Source: Chrysomallon squamiferum (Eukaryota > Animalia > Mollusca). From it: a stretch of 64,000 nucleotides of DNA. The DNA is taken from contig CM022679.1 of NCBI GenBank assembly GCA_012295275.1, positions 4,960,001 through 5,024,000 of the forward strand, read 5' to 3'. The notes under the pieces were generated by a model. The model was not told the origin of the DNA and did not search any database. It saw only the letters and a list, made by a program, of their open reading frames with translations. Below are positions 49,101 through 62,834 of this stretch, one piece after another. Both the position numbers and the translations under genes were made by a program. Each line of letters opens with the position of its first letter. Within the stretch, counting starts at the first letter, position 1.

Positions 49101-50270
49101 ACGCCAAGGTGGAGTATTTGAGAAATTTCAGAGAATATGCAATGTGCATATTTAGTATTTTACACATCAAATGCATTAAAGATGGGTTTTTTCAAGTATT
49201 TTTAAATATATTATTGGAATAAATCTACAATTATTAATGAATATTTCTGCTTTTATTCAGTTTTACAGGCCTCTAGAATCTGTGAGAGTATTATCATTTT
49301 GTTTATGTTTTGGTTTTAAGAAATAGTGAATTTATGAAAATATTTAGATTTTATGGGGATTGGATTTTAGTTATTTGTAAAAAAAATTTTAATTAAATTT
49401 TTCTTTAATTTCTTTATCAATTCTGACACCAACAAAGTTCTGTTACTTTATTTCCACTATTATTTAGAATTTGCTTTTGCTATAATGTTTTATTTATTTT
49501 TTAATTATTATTATTTTTTTTATGTATTTATAAATTATAACCATTCCATTGCTGCAGTCAACTCTTAAATTCTTTGGTTTTTCTTCAGAGGTCAAAATGT
49601 CCTAATTGTAAATAATAATTATCTTATTATTTTTGTTATATTTATGTTTGAATGATAAACAAAAATATAGGATTATTTTTTATTTCATTTTATTTTATTC
49701 TATTTTATTAATTTCTTTTTCTTTCATTACAGTATTTTAGTACTTTTTATTCATTATTATCCTATTATTTTCTTTTTTTTATAATCTACAAAAATTACTA
49801 GTGTTGTTACATTTATTTAAAAACAACAATAAAGAAAAAATAAAATATAGATATACAAATTAAAAATAATTTTTTAAAAGTAGTTGTAATAGAAATAAAA
49901 AATATTAATGCTTTATAATAGTAATAGAATAAACTAATGCAAGAAATCACTTTTAAGTTTCTTAAAACAAGGACATTTTTACCACTGAACTTTTTTTTGT
50001 GTGCAAGCAATGGATGACTTCAATTTTCTTACACCTGATTTTGTTACATTTTTATCTATCCAGGAATTTGAGAAAGATGGCAAATCACAGGTGCACTTCA
50101 TATATATTATATAAATATACTACCTTGAACTTCGTATGCTTCTAGTGCCCTTCTATCTGCTTGCCTGGCCAGTTTAATTTTAAAAAGAAAATTAAAAAAA
50201 CACACTAATCAGATGTAATCCAAAATTAGAAATTCTTCACTATATATTCTATTGTTTTTAACTTTATTAT

Positions 50271-50302
<32 letters not shown>

Positions 50303-51571
50303 TATTTTATTTTATTTTATTTTATTTTATTTTATTTTATTTTACTTTACTTTATTTTATTAATATTTTATTCTATTTTATTTTATTATTATTATTTTTT
50401 TTTTTCTCACTTTTATTATTTAATCCTTTTTAGAGAAAATGTATTATTATTATTAATAATAATATATGTGTTGAATAATCTTTCTTAATTAAACATTATT
50501 ATTTTATATAAATCCATCATGATTTTTCATTTATATCTTCAGTTTTATATGTTTACCTTTGGATTACAAAAATTAATGAATTAATTTTGTTTTTAAAATT
50601 ATGGCTGCAAATATTGCTGTTTTCTTAGAGTGATTTTTCTGTTTTCTGTTTGTAGTGTTGTGTTTCTTAAAATTATTATTTCAAGTTGTAATATTGGTTC
50701 TCTGGTGGTTTTGTTTCTTTGTTTGGTATTGTTAATATCTCGTTTGAATATTAAACATACTAAATGTAGAAAATAAACTTCATTAAATACATATTAATAT
50801 GATTTAAAAATTTTGACAGTCTTTGAAAATTTTACTATTAATATAATTATACTGAAGTGGCTTATTAATTCTGAGCTTTTTTGATGGGTGGATTTGTGAG
50901 TTTTGTTTCACTGATTTATTTTTTATTTTTTACAATTTTCAATATTAGCCTTAATAACGTGTTATAAAATAACTACAAATTATACAGATTTAAATTAATT
51001 TCACTAATGAAGTGTAAATATTAATAAACTAGTCATTTAATTCTGTTTTGTTCTGTTTTAAGCAATTTCATGCATACTGCTGTAATAAAAGTAATTGAAC
51101 TGGCTAAATGTTAAGTTTAAAAAAACAAATAAATTTATCATATTGCAATTTTAAATATCAGTTAATGAATGTCAGTTATTTCTAATTTTAATATCAGTTA
51201 TTTCTAATTTTATTTTGTTAAAAATTTCCAATGAATTATCTTTTATTAGAAATATAATCCACGTTAAACACAATAAAATCTATAATAATCTTCTTTAGTA
51301 AACCTAAAATTAGATGTTACAATGATCTGGCCTTATTTTATTTTTTTGAAGTATTGCTGTTGTTGTTTTTTTTTTAATTTTTTAATAATTTTTTTAACAA
51401 TATTGCAGTGACTATATTATAAATATATAACATTTACACAATAATAAAAATATAAAAAGTCACTTAAGCAGTTAGTATTCATAATTATATAATTAGTATT
51501 CACAATGAACTAGTCACATGACATGGTTTTTATTTACCATATATGAATTATTATTATTATTATTGTTATTA

Positions 51572-51610
<39 letters not shown>

Positions 51611-52264
51611 ATTATATTTATAAATACTTTGAACCTTTGCAAATAAAATAAAGTTTCTTAAGAAATATATAATTACTATCGATAATGAAGTAATCACACA
51701 GTGCTATTTATATACTAATGTTTCTTATTCATTGTGAATTTACTATAAATATAATTATTATACCTAATAAAAAATAGACCATACAACTTTGCAAATCTGT
51801 TATTGGTATTTATAACACATACACTAAAATATACATTTTTAGAGCTTTAACAGTAGATATATATATATATATAATGTATTGTACTTTTAAATATGCTTGC
51901 TATATAGAAAAGATTAAATTTAAGGAGAATGGTGGTATGGTCAGATTCATGAAGGTTCTGTTAGTTTTAATTGAGGTCATCTAACATCTGTATGACCTAA
52001 AAGGTTTTTTTTGTTTTGTAGAATAAATCAAAGAGGTTTGGTGTGTTATCATCTTGTCACATTTATAAAATACTGTATTGACTGGAAGTGGTTAAAAATT
52101 TAATTAACAATCCATTGTTTATTTATTTATTTATTTATTTATTTATTACTATTTTTTTAACTTGCATATTTTATGTTTAATAACTTGAAACTTGTTATTT
52201 TGTGTGGTTGCTGCAAAAAAATAATTTTAATCAGTTTTATTATTTAGCGTATGACTTTCCACAG

Positions 52265-52295
<31 letters not shown>

Positions 52296-52920
52296 TATTT
52301 TTGATGGTGAATTAATACTCTCTTGGTATAAGAAAAAAAGTATTAAAGACATAAGACATTTTACGATATCATATAATTAAATAAATCAACATTATCTTCA
52401 AAGTGACTTAAGATTATGTGACTGGATTAAAAAATTTGTATATAGTAATTAAGAAAAATATCAGGAAACCCCCCAAACAAAAACAAATAATTTTAAAATA
52501 AAAAATAAAGTAAAATAAAGCAGAAAATATATGTGTTTAACAAACAAATAAAAACAAAACCCTATTTAATAAGCATATAAACTGCAGTGGTTATCCACTG
52601 AGTTTAATAATAATTATGCAAATACTCTTAAGTGTTGTTTTTTTAAACATAATGTATGCACTTACACAAGTTTACTGATATTTTCTGTGGTCACCAAAAG
52701 ATGGATAGAGTCAGTGAAATGGTGAGTGTTGCTGTTTTTGATTGGTCAATCCAATTAACATTTAACATTATTCTAAGCCAATCAAATTTTATCTTGTTTA
52801 AGTCTTATTTTTAATTTTTTTCCCACCTTTTTAAGTTATTGCATGCAAAACTGTTTTTGCATGTCAATTTTTGAAACTAATATTGATTACTGGCTAATAT
52901 GTTTGAAAAAGCTTTTTTTT

Positions 52921-52951
<31 letters not shown>

Positions 52952-54559
52952 GTTTGTTTTTGAGTTTGTTGTTATTATTTATTTTATTATTGTTTTGCAG
53001 TGGCTTGGTTGTGTTTATAGTTTTAGTCATAATTTTCTTTATTGTTTGAAATTAGAACCATTATTTAAATTTTTATTATTTATAGAAGAGAAAAATTCTC
53101 AAAAAATATCCTTCAATGTTATTTTTTATAAACAGACAGCTTCAGTGTATGACATACATCAACCCAACATAAATATATAGGAATTTTTATTTATTTAATA
53201 AGAAAAAGAAATCAATTAAAGACATTAATTAAGGATGTTTGGCATTTAAGTCAAAATTATTACTGAAAATTTGAAAGGCTATATAAAAAGAATTTATAAT
53301 TATTATAACTGGGTAATCCCAAATACTTTTAACAACTGGAAAAGTTTTTGAAAACAAAGACACACAGATATATATATATGAAATAAAAAGAATTATAAAA
53401 CTCCCATTAACTGCAGGTAGTAAATATTTGTGGTTTCAATGCAAAGCATTCACATCAGAGACTCTTTAAAAAATTAATATTATCAAAGGATTAATACCAT
53501 AATCTAGACGTTAATGACATTTTCAAGTTTTTAGATGTTTGTATATAGAGAGTGACATTGCTAATAGTCGATATGCTCTGAGTAACCTTGAACTATTTTT
53601 TCTTTAGAATGAGTTTTGTTGACAGGCCAAATAAGTACCTGGCCTGTATATGTCACCTGATCTGTACATTAACAGAGGAGTTGGTTTGTGATATAAAACA
53701 GTGCATAGTTTAAAACCCACTTTACACTTAGTATGGAGTTAGGTTATCATGAGCAGAATAATATTAAATCAAGAACAAACTTAGAAAAACTAACTTTAAT
53801 TTTTTTTAAAATTGAATGGACAATTATAAACATAGTTAATTTTATAAAATATTAAATAGGAAAAAAATAATAATTAGTAATTGTCTGAAAGGTCATTTTT
53901 TTTTTTTTTTCATATGTCATATGTCATATGGCCAAGAATTAATGTCAGTTAATTAATATCAAAGATTAAGAAATCATGTTAAACAAAATAAGAAAATTAT
54001 TAATCAAATTTTACTTGCTTTATGAAATAAATTAAAGAATACGCTGAAGTATATATTTAAATATATTAAAATCTGAGAAGACTGTTCTGCTCAGTAAGGG
54101 TGGGAGAGAGATGGATCACAATCACTGCAGGGTTGAGGTGTGGTATGGCACCAGACAGATTGCTAACTACTGCACTAGTCACAGTAACCTAAGTCCATGC
54201 TAAGTTGTTTGAAAATAAAAAATTTCACTTTTTTGCTGTGTTCCTTTTGTGCTACACCATGACAATTACTGAAGCAGTCAGAGGTTATCTACCCTGAACC
54301 TACTGTTTTTTTAAATTTTTAAAATTTTTAAAAATGTTTCTTTTTCTTTTTTCTTTTCCTTTTTTTTTCTCTCTGAAATGTTTTTTGCAAGTACTTTTTA
54401 CATTGTTCATTTGTTTATTATGTAGACATTTAAAATATAAACCACTGCATGTAAAAAATATTTTAGATTTTAAAATCTTTAAAATATATTTTAAGTAAAA
54501 AAAAGTTAATGTTCTTTTTGATATAAGAGCATTATTATTACTATTACTATTACTATCAC

Positions 54560-54593
<34 letters not shown>

Positions 54594-56749
54594 GTTACTA
54601 TAACGCTGATATATTGTAATAAAATATTTTATAACAACTATAATCTGTATCTGTAAGCCATTAATTATTAAATTATTTAAATACATTTCATTTAAAAGTC
54701 TAACATTTTTATTTTAATAATAATAATAACAATAACAATAATAATAATAATAATAATATTTTAAACAAAAAAGGTAGTATCTATCACACATACCCTTTAT
54801 TTTTTCATTTTTAGCTAGATGTTTCACTAGACTGCCATTTAGATAGATATTTTTATAATATGTTTGATCAGCTTTTCTTCCCCATGTTATTATTTTCTTT
54901 CTAAAGATCTTTTCCACCTACCTTTATTTATTATTTACATATTTTTTATCAATATTATTACATTCATATATTTCAAAGATAATTAGCTGTAGAGGTGATT
55001 AAAAAAGAATATCTTTGTAAATCTTGGTCCAGTATGTATCATGTTTGCTTTCTGTATTAATGGTCAGTGACAGTGAACTGTTGTAGTTAGGTATTGTGGT
55101 ATCAGTGGTATTTGAGATGTATGTGTAAATGACAGTAGTATCATCTGATACACACCTACACGCACACATGCACGCACACACAAACATACACACAAACCCG
55201 TTTTACAGTGGTAAATTCTACACAGAACATACACAAAAATCACATGGAATGTATTCCAACAGAATAATAATAATTATGTGAATACATGCAGAGTTTAAAG
55301 AAGGTAAGAATATACAAAGACATGAAGATAACATTTAAGTTAATATAAATTTTTTTTAAATTGTGAGGTATGTTTAGCTGAAGTACTGCGTTATATATAT
55401 ACATATATATCTGTATATAAACAGATTATATTTATTGATATTACATAATTAACTTATATTAGTTAGTTTTTCAGTTTTGTTCTATTTTCAAATCAGAGTA
55501 GTTAACTGTACAAGACAGAATAAATCTTACATGGTATTATTTACTTATTTTATTCAGTCATAACTGATATATGAAACAAATTACCATTATATTTAAAAAT
55601 TTAATTTTGATATTAATTAATGTTACATAATTATTATTATAAGAAAAGTAAGGATTTTTTTAAGTCACATAAATTTTTAAATTACAAAGACATATATACT
55701 GAAATAAAAATAAAGAATATTTAATTGGTTTACAGGTTTTTTTAAACAGTTGTTACTAATCTGCTTTTACCATCATAAAGAATTATTTCTTTTTCTTCTC
55801 ATTTTATTTTTCAATTTATCTATTTTAAAAAGGAAAATTAAAAAAAGAAAAAGAAAATAGAATAGAAAAATTCAGCAAGGAAAATCAGAATGAATTAAGT
55901 TTTATACTCTAATTAAACTGTATATAAAAATAATTAATAAATTAATTTCTTTTTAATTTTAATGGGGTTTTTTTTGCCTGTATTTTTATATGAAGAATGT
56001 TATTAACTGTAAAAGCGGCATGTTTGTCTGAATAATGATTTAATAAATTTAACATGTTTAACTTCTATTAATAATAAAAATAAAATTAATTAAATGCTTT
56101 TTAATTTTTTTTTTTAAATGATACTAATATTTCAAAATGCTTTAGTTAAAAATAATAATCATAATATATATGTGTGTTACGTTTATATTAATATATATAA
56201 TACATATGTGTGTGTTAATTATATTAATATGCATAATACATAAGTGTGTTATTATATTTGTATATTAAAATACATAATGTATTAAATTTCTATATTAATA
56301 TATTTGTGTGTGTGTGTGTGTATATATATATAGTTATACAAGTTATTATTATTCTGTATATATGTGTGTGTTTATGTGTGAGTGTGTATATATATATATT
56401 TGTATTATATATATAACATGTTAATCTGTAATATTACATACAAGATTCCATCATGCTACTTGTGTTTTCAAACAGACCAATGTGGAGGAGGCATTCACTG
56501 TGTCGAAGAACAGCATGTTCTACAAACTGGGGGAGAGTGGACTCATCTCATTCTCTGATTACATTTTCCTGTTGACTCTCCTGTCCAGTAAGTCAATAAC
56601 TTCTGTTTCAGCAGTGTCAAGTCTTCATGGTAATGCCAGGATGTTGAGAATTCCTGTCAGTTGAAATATGTACTGTAAAACATTAAATTATTGTGATTGC
56701 AATAATAATGAAAAAAAGTGTTCTAGGTGTATGTATATGTACATACATG

Positions 56750-56780
<31 letters not shown>

Positions 56781-59700
56781 ATGGTTTTTTTTTTTTTTTG
56801 GTTGTTTTTTGGTATATTTATAAAATATAAAACAAAAGTTGTTAATATTATGCACTTTATTAACTATAATTAAAAAATACAGATTAGGATCAAAATTGCT
56901 TCTTTATTTCCTTGGCAATTCTTAAACCAAAATTAATTCATATGTATATATAATCTTTTAATTTTTTTTTTTTAAATAAAATATTAATTTAAATAAATTT
57001 AAATATGTTTTTTGTTTTTTTAACAGCACCTCCAAGAAACTTTGAGATTGCATTCCGAATGTTCGACATCAATGGAGATGGGGAAGTTGACATTGAAGAG
57101 TTTAAAAGAGTAAATCTCATTCTTTTTTATTATAAATATATGTTTAATTATTTTTACTTATTATATTTATATTTTGTAAATACCAATCAGGTTGAAAAAG
57201 CAGTATTTATAAGCTTGGAACTGAATTTCTGATCATCTGATATTTATTTATATATTTATTTAATGAATTAATAATTACTTGTTTAATATATATATATATA
57301 TCTATAATATATGTATATGTAAAATGTTAAAATCTTTTAGAATTTAAAATATTAAAAAATTTAATTTTATTTTTATTTTGTAATGATATTTATTTTATTA
57401 TCTCTGTAATCTGTTACATTTTTATTATGTTACATTCTACATTATTTTATTTTAATTGACATCTTTATATATTTCCAATTAACAGAATAATAATAAAATT
57501 CATATAAAAACGATGGTATTTTTAATTTGAAAGGTACAGAACATCGCGCAGCGTCAGACAAGTGTTGGGATGCGACATCGGAATCACTCGAACACAGGAA
57601 GTGTTCAGAAGTCAGTCAGTTCTGCACTGCTGACATTTTTCTTTGGAGCAGACGGCACAAAGAAACTGACAGCACACGAATTTCTCGAGTTTCAGAAACA
57701 GCTGCAGACCGAAATTCTGAGAATCGAGGCATGTTGATATATAGGAATTAATAATAAATAAATAAATAAATGAATAAATATATAAGTAAATAAATATATA
57801 AATAAAATTTGAAGTTTTATGTTTTAACAGTATATGGAATTGTGAGATTCAATGATGACTGTGATCATTGTAATAATTTTGTAAGAGATTTCCTTTTTTT
57901 TTTATTTAAATTTTAAAATGTTTTCAAAAAGGAGAAAGAGAAGATTTCTTTTGGTTTATTTCTTTATTGGGCCTTTTGGATTTTTTAATTTTAATTTTAA
58001 TTTTAAGAAATATTAGTTTTATCTTTTTTAAAATCTGTTGCCAGTTTCTCTTAGGCCATGATTTTAAATTAATATTTTAGTTACATCATTCATTGAAATT
58101 ACTAACAAAATGCACATTATGTTAAAAGTTTGTCTAAAATAATAATTATTATTATTATTATCTTTGACATGTTTTTGTTGTTTTTTCTCCAGTTTGATCG
58201 CTTGGCTAATGAAGAGGGCAGAGTGTCAGAGAAAGATTTTGGAAGTGTTATTCTCACCTACGCTGGGCTTCCAGACAACAAAAAAATGAGGATGTTGAAA
58301 CGAGTAAAAAAAATGTTTCGTGAGGAGCCCAGAGTAATTATCTTTGATGTTGAATACATTCATTTATTTTATTTTTAATTTAAAAAAAATGTCTAATAAA
58401 AAATAATACAGTAATAATAAAAAAAAAATGTCTATTAAAAAAAGAAAAAAAGGCCCAGAATCAAAACTTAGAAATAAAAGTAAAATACAACTTGAATGAT
58501 AAAAATAAAGGTTAAAATGAAATAAATAAATAAAATAATGCAGATACAAAACATATTATCTAAAAAAAAAAAAAAGAAGAAAGAAGAAAACATAAAAAAA
58601 AAATTCTAATCAACAAATAAATATGAAAAAAAAGACGAAGAAAAAAGAATATTAAAAAGTGCAAAAGTTACACATATTTATAATTTGATCTTTTTTTTAT
58701 TTTCAACATATTATTTGATTTCTGAATTTTAACATGGGTGAAATATTTGCTAATTATATGCTAAGTAATTTATTTCGTGAATCTCTGAATTTTTATCAAG
58801 TTAAATATTAATATAATTTATTTGATTTTTTCCACAGGGAGTGACATTTGAGGAATATGTAAATTTCTGGAGGTTTATCAAAAGCATCAACGATGTTGAC
58901 ACAGCTCTGAGTTTCTACCATCTTGCTGGAGTCTCCATTGATCAGGGTAAACACTAATCACCTTTGTTGATTTGGAGAAATCTAGAAAAATTAGTTCTAG
59001 TTACATTAAACAGTTGAAAAATAAGCAAATTTAGTTAAAAGCATAATCAGAGAACATACAGTTTTTGTTAATTTTTCACGTTTCATTGGATAAAAAACAA
59101 CAACAAAAAAAACCTTTTATTTAGCTTTTGTTGACAAATAATTTCATTTTGATATAATTAAATAATTAATTACCATTAAATAATGTAAATATTCAGATTT
59201 GTATTTTCCATGAATACCTCAAATTCAGGATTGTAATGTTTGATTTTTCATGATTAATTATTATGATTGTTGTTTTTTTTGAAAGATTATTGTTGGTCAA
59301 GTGTTTTGAGTATTTCTGAAAAGATTTTATTTGTGTTGTTTTTCTACACAGAAACTTTCCGCCATGTTGCAAAGACTGTTGCAGGCATTGATTTAACTGA
59401 TCACGTGACTAGCATTGTTTTCACTTTGTTTGATGAGAACAGTACGTTTTATATTTTTGTAAAATTTTCTTATTATCTTATTATCTTAAAAAGAAGCTTG
59501 ATTCATTTATAAAACAGGAATTAATCTCTCAATTTTATATTACTATTTTTTCATCAAGAACAAAACACAAATATTTAAATACTTACCCTCAGACACTTAC
59601 ATTTCATCATTATTTTTGATATCGTCACGTAACTTAATGATTGTGTTTTTCAGATGATGGGCAACTCAGTAACAAGGAGTTTGTTTCTGTGATGAAGAGA

Positions 59701-59805
59701 CAACTGATGCGAGGGCTGGAGAGACCGAAGGATACTGGACTGATTAAACTGCTTGACGCGCTGTGGAAGTGTGGAATGAACCAGACGTCAACTTTTCTCG
59801 AGTAA
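45045..59805 (+). CDS. MICU1: Mitochondrial calcium uptake protein 1 (11 core coding exons plus candidate microexons)
   Basis: Exons approx. 45045-45406 (presequence/TM), 45912-46050 ([13 protein letters not shown]), 46454-46617 ([27 protein letters not shown]), 46938-46975, 56476-56587 ([13 protein letters not shown]), 57027-57109 (EF-hand [13 protein letters not shown]), 57534-57728, 58193-58333, 58838-58945, 59352-59441, 59654-59805 ([13 protein letters not shown]). Confidence 0.95.
57729..58192 (+). other. Non-canonical GC-AG intron in MICU1
   Basis: Exon ends ...ATC GAG|GCATGT and resumes ctccag|TTT GAT CGC (ILRIE-FDR); no in-frame GT donor nearby. Confidence 0.8.
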
Positions 59806-59979
59806 ACATCAATGAGGATTACGTGCAGTGAAACCAGTAGTGCTAAAACAATGCAAGAACAGTCTGTTCTATAAATAATAGAGCTTGAACTATGCTGTTT
59901 GTAACAGACAGTTTATGGGTTTTTGTTAATAAAACTAATACTGTACAAAATGATTATTATCATTATTATTTATTTTTTA

Positions 59980-60023
<44 letters not shown>

Positions 60024-62227
60024 TTTTTTTTTTTTTTTTTTGTTGTTCAGTTTGTTTAGGAAAAAATTTTTAATAAGAATGTTAATGCTGTAAAAGATAC
60101 AGTTATTGTTTATTTTTTATTGTTTTTGTTAAGTGTTTATTTTAAATAATGAATTCTGAGTAACAGTACTAATGGCATTATAAATGTACAAGGAGTTTGT
60201 TCAGAATATTTACTCCACTTTTCTTCTATTGGCTTTTGTCATGAATTAATTACTAGTGCTGTACATCATAATGGTAATTTATTTGATTATATTATAGTTT
60301 GGTTGGTTTTGAACCAGAAGTAATTAATTCAGAAAGATAATATTAAGTCTTAACAGTTTAGAATGTTAAATAATTTCTATTTTTATTTATTTATTTAGTT
60401 TTACATATATATTTATTTTAATTTTTTGGGTCAGTTTTGTTTAATATTGCCAAGCGATATTTAGTCCTTTAGTTGTGTGTAAACTTGAGAACATATTTAT
60501 TTGGAGTGAAAATTAAATTTAAAAACGTTATAAATACTACCCAAGTTTTTTTTTCTGCTGTGCCATTTTTCTTAAAAAAATATGGATTGGTTTGACTTTT
60601 CATTCATTATATTTTACTATTTTGCTGAATATACACAAACACACACACATACATACAAAAGAAAGAAAATGTAATGTATATTTTGTTTAACAACATCTCC
60701 AGAACACTTATCTTTCTTATTTCAGCATTCTGGATGTCAAACATTTGTTAAATCTGACATAGCAAAATATTATTTATTAAGGCCACTAAAATAAAATAAG
60801 TTTTCCATTGTCAGTTATTTCCTAACTGTTCTACCATCTTCCCTGTAAATCAGTTTTAATGCACTGAATAATTTTCTATTTAATCTGTTATTGAAATTAG
60901 ACACTTTTTAATTAAAACTTGTTGTTTAATAGTACCTCACGAATGTCACTTTCTTCTAAAGAAAACAATGTTTTGGCAACAAGTGATCTTGTATATAAAT
61001 TTACGTACAGGCAGGAAAATACAGTGAAAAATTTTGAAGATGTATAAAATGTTAAAATGGCTTATTTGTAAACTTTTGTTTTGCTGTTGCTATATTCTTG
61101 GATCTCTTAATGTCTTCTGTATGAATGTCACTGATGTTTTATTTTGTAAAAATGTTTTCAATGTCCATTCTGTTTCTCTACTTTCTTTCTTCTCTCTTTT
61201 CTTTTGTACTTGTGAATTCAGTATATTAAATAAAACAGTTACAACATTAAAACCAATTCTCTGTGTTAATTGTATTACTCATAGAGTTGTATACTGTATA
61301 TAAAAACAACAAACTGAATAATGTAACAGTTTGATATGCCTTGTTTTAAAAATTATTTTTATATTTTTAATATCATATTGTTACATTTAATGGACTTGTA
61401 GAACATGAGAATATGTTTATATATGAAAACAAAACAAACTACTGACAGATGTTGTGAAAACTAAATAATTTTTGACAAAAATATATTGGAAACAGTTTAA
61501 AAGAAGCACATTAATGTATAAAAAAAAAGAGTAAAAAAAAAGGAATAAATAAATAAAGTAAATATTAGAATAAACAAATAAAAAAGAAATGGAAAAAATA
61601 ATATTAACATATTGCTAGTATAATACTAATGTAAAAAAAAACATTGTGAAGACAAAATGTTTGTGAAAATGCAATAAATTGGGCTGAAAATGGACAAGGG
61701 AGCCATACTGATAAACAGAATGAGAGTTAGGTCAGCTTTATCTGTATATAACTAGATATATGACTATTTTTGGACCATACACAAATGCTCACTGAAAAAA
61801 AACAATGTAATTTTACCCAGTACATGTTAATAACTTCAAACCCAGCCTATATTGTACTAAGAACTGCTACAGCCCACATAAATGATGCTGACAACAACAA
61901 TAATACAATTTACAGTATGGAAGTTAAAAACATAAATATTCCGAAATTGTAGATGCTGAAACCGGGGTCAAAGCAGGCTGACTGTTTAGAATAAAACATT
62001 TTCCAGCTCATTTTGCATTCAACATTTTCTCACTTTATCACACAATAAAAATCTGATTCATTTGAATGACAAGTTTTAAAATGAAAAATAAATGGACAGA
62101 CCAGCTGATTCAAATAACTGTACATTAACTGGGCAGTGAAGTTAAACTAAGTTTCATGAAAGGTTGATGTTTATTAATTAACAATGAACACATCACTGTA
62201 ACATACATTTAAATAAAATAGTATATA

Positions 62228-62451
62228 CAGGGTGTCCACACAGTCTGGGTACATGGGGAATTTTACTATGTTATTTATTTATGTTATTTTTCTTACCAGA
62301 TTGAATGATGGCTCTGTCTAAAGAATTATGCATTGAAAGTAATGGAAATCATATTGAAAACATTATTTATTAACATTAGAATTAAATAAAACTATTTTAT
62401 TTTAAAAGTATGTGTTAATCCCTTATGTACCCAGACTTTGTGGACACCCTG
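62228..62451. mobile_element. Tc1/mariner-type MITE (224 bp)
   Basis: 27-bp terminal inverted repeats CAGGGTGTCCACA(C/A)AGTCTGGGTACAT with one mismatch, TA dinucleotide on both flanks, AT-rich non-coding interior. Confidence 0.9.
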
Positions 62452-62798
62452 TATGTATATGTATTTAACTAATCACACAGTTATGGAGAGACATGTTGGT
62501 GTGAACAAAAACAAACCCCAAAACAACAAGAAAAAAAGAATAAAAAAATAACATACACACAAAAAAAGGTTTTAAAAATGTGCTTTCCAAAAAGAATTAG
62601 GTTTTTTTTTTTTTTTTTTTTCCAGACACAAGTGGAACAAAGTGCTTTGTTTAGGAAACAGATCTGTGGTTGCTCTGATAAGGTTTGATCCTACAAACCA
62701 TGAAATTAAATGTTTCATTTCCAACAAAATCCTCCTGCCCCTAAACAAATACAAATTAAGTATTTCTGTAATATATTGATAGATTAAATGTTTAAAAG

Positions 62799-62834
<36 letters not shown>

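Noticed and set aside
53106-53114. ATATCCTT resembling a U12 AT-AC donor
   Set aside because: Mid-intron, with no matching branch site, AC acceptor or plausible exon.
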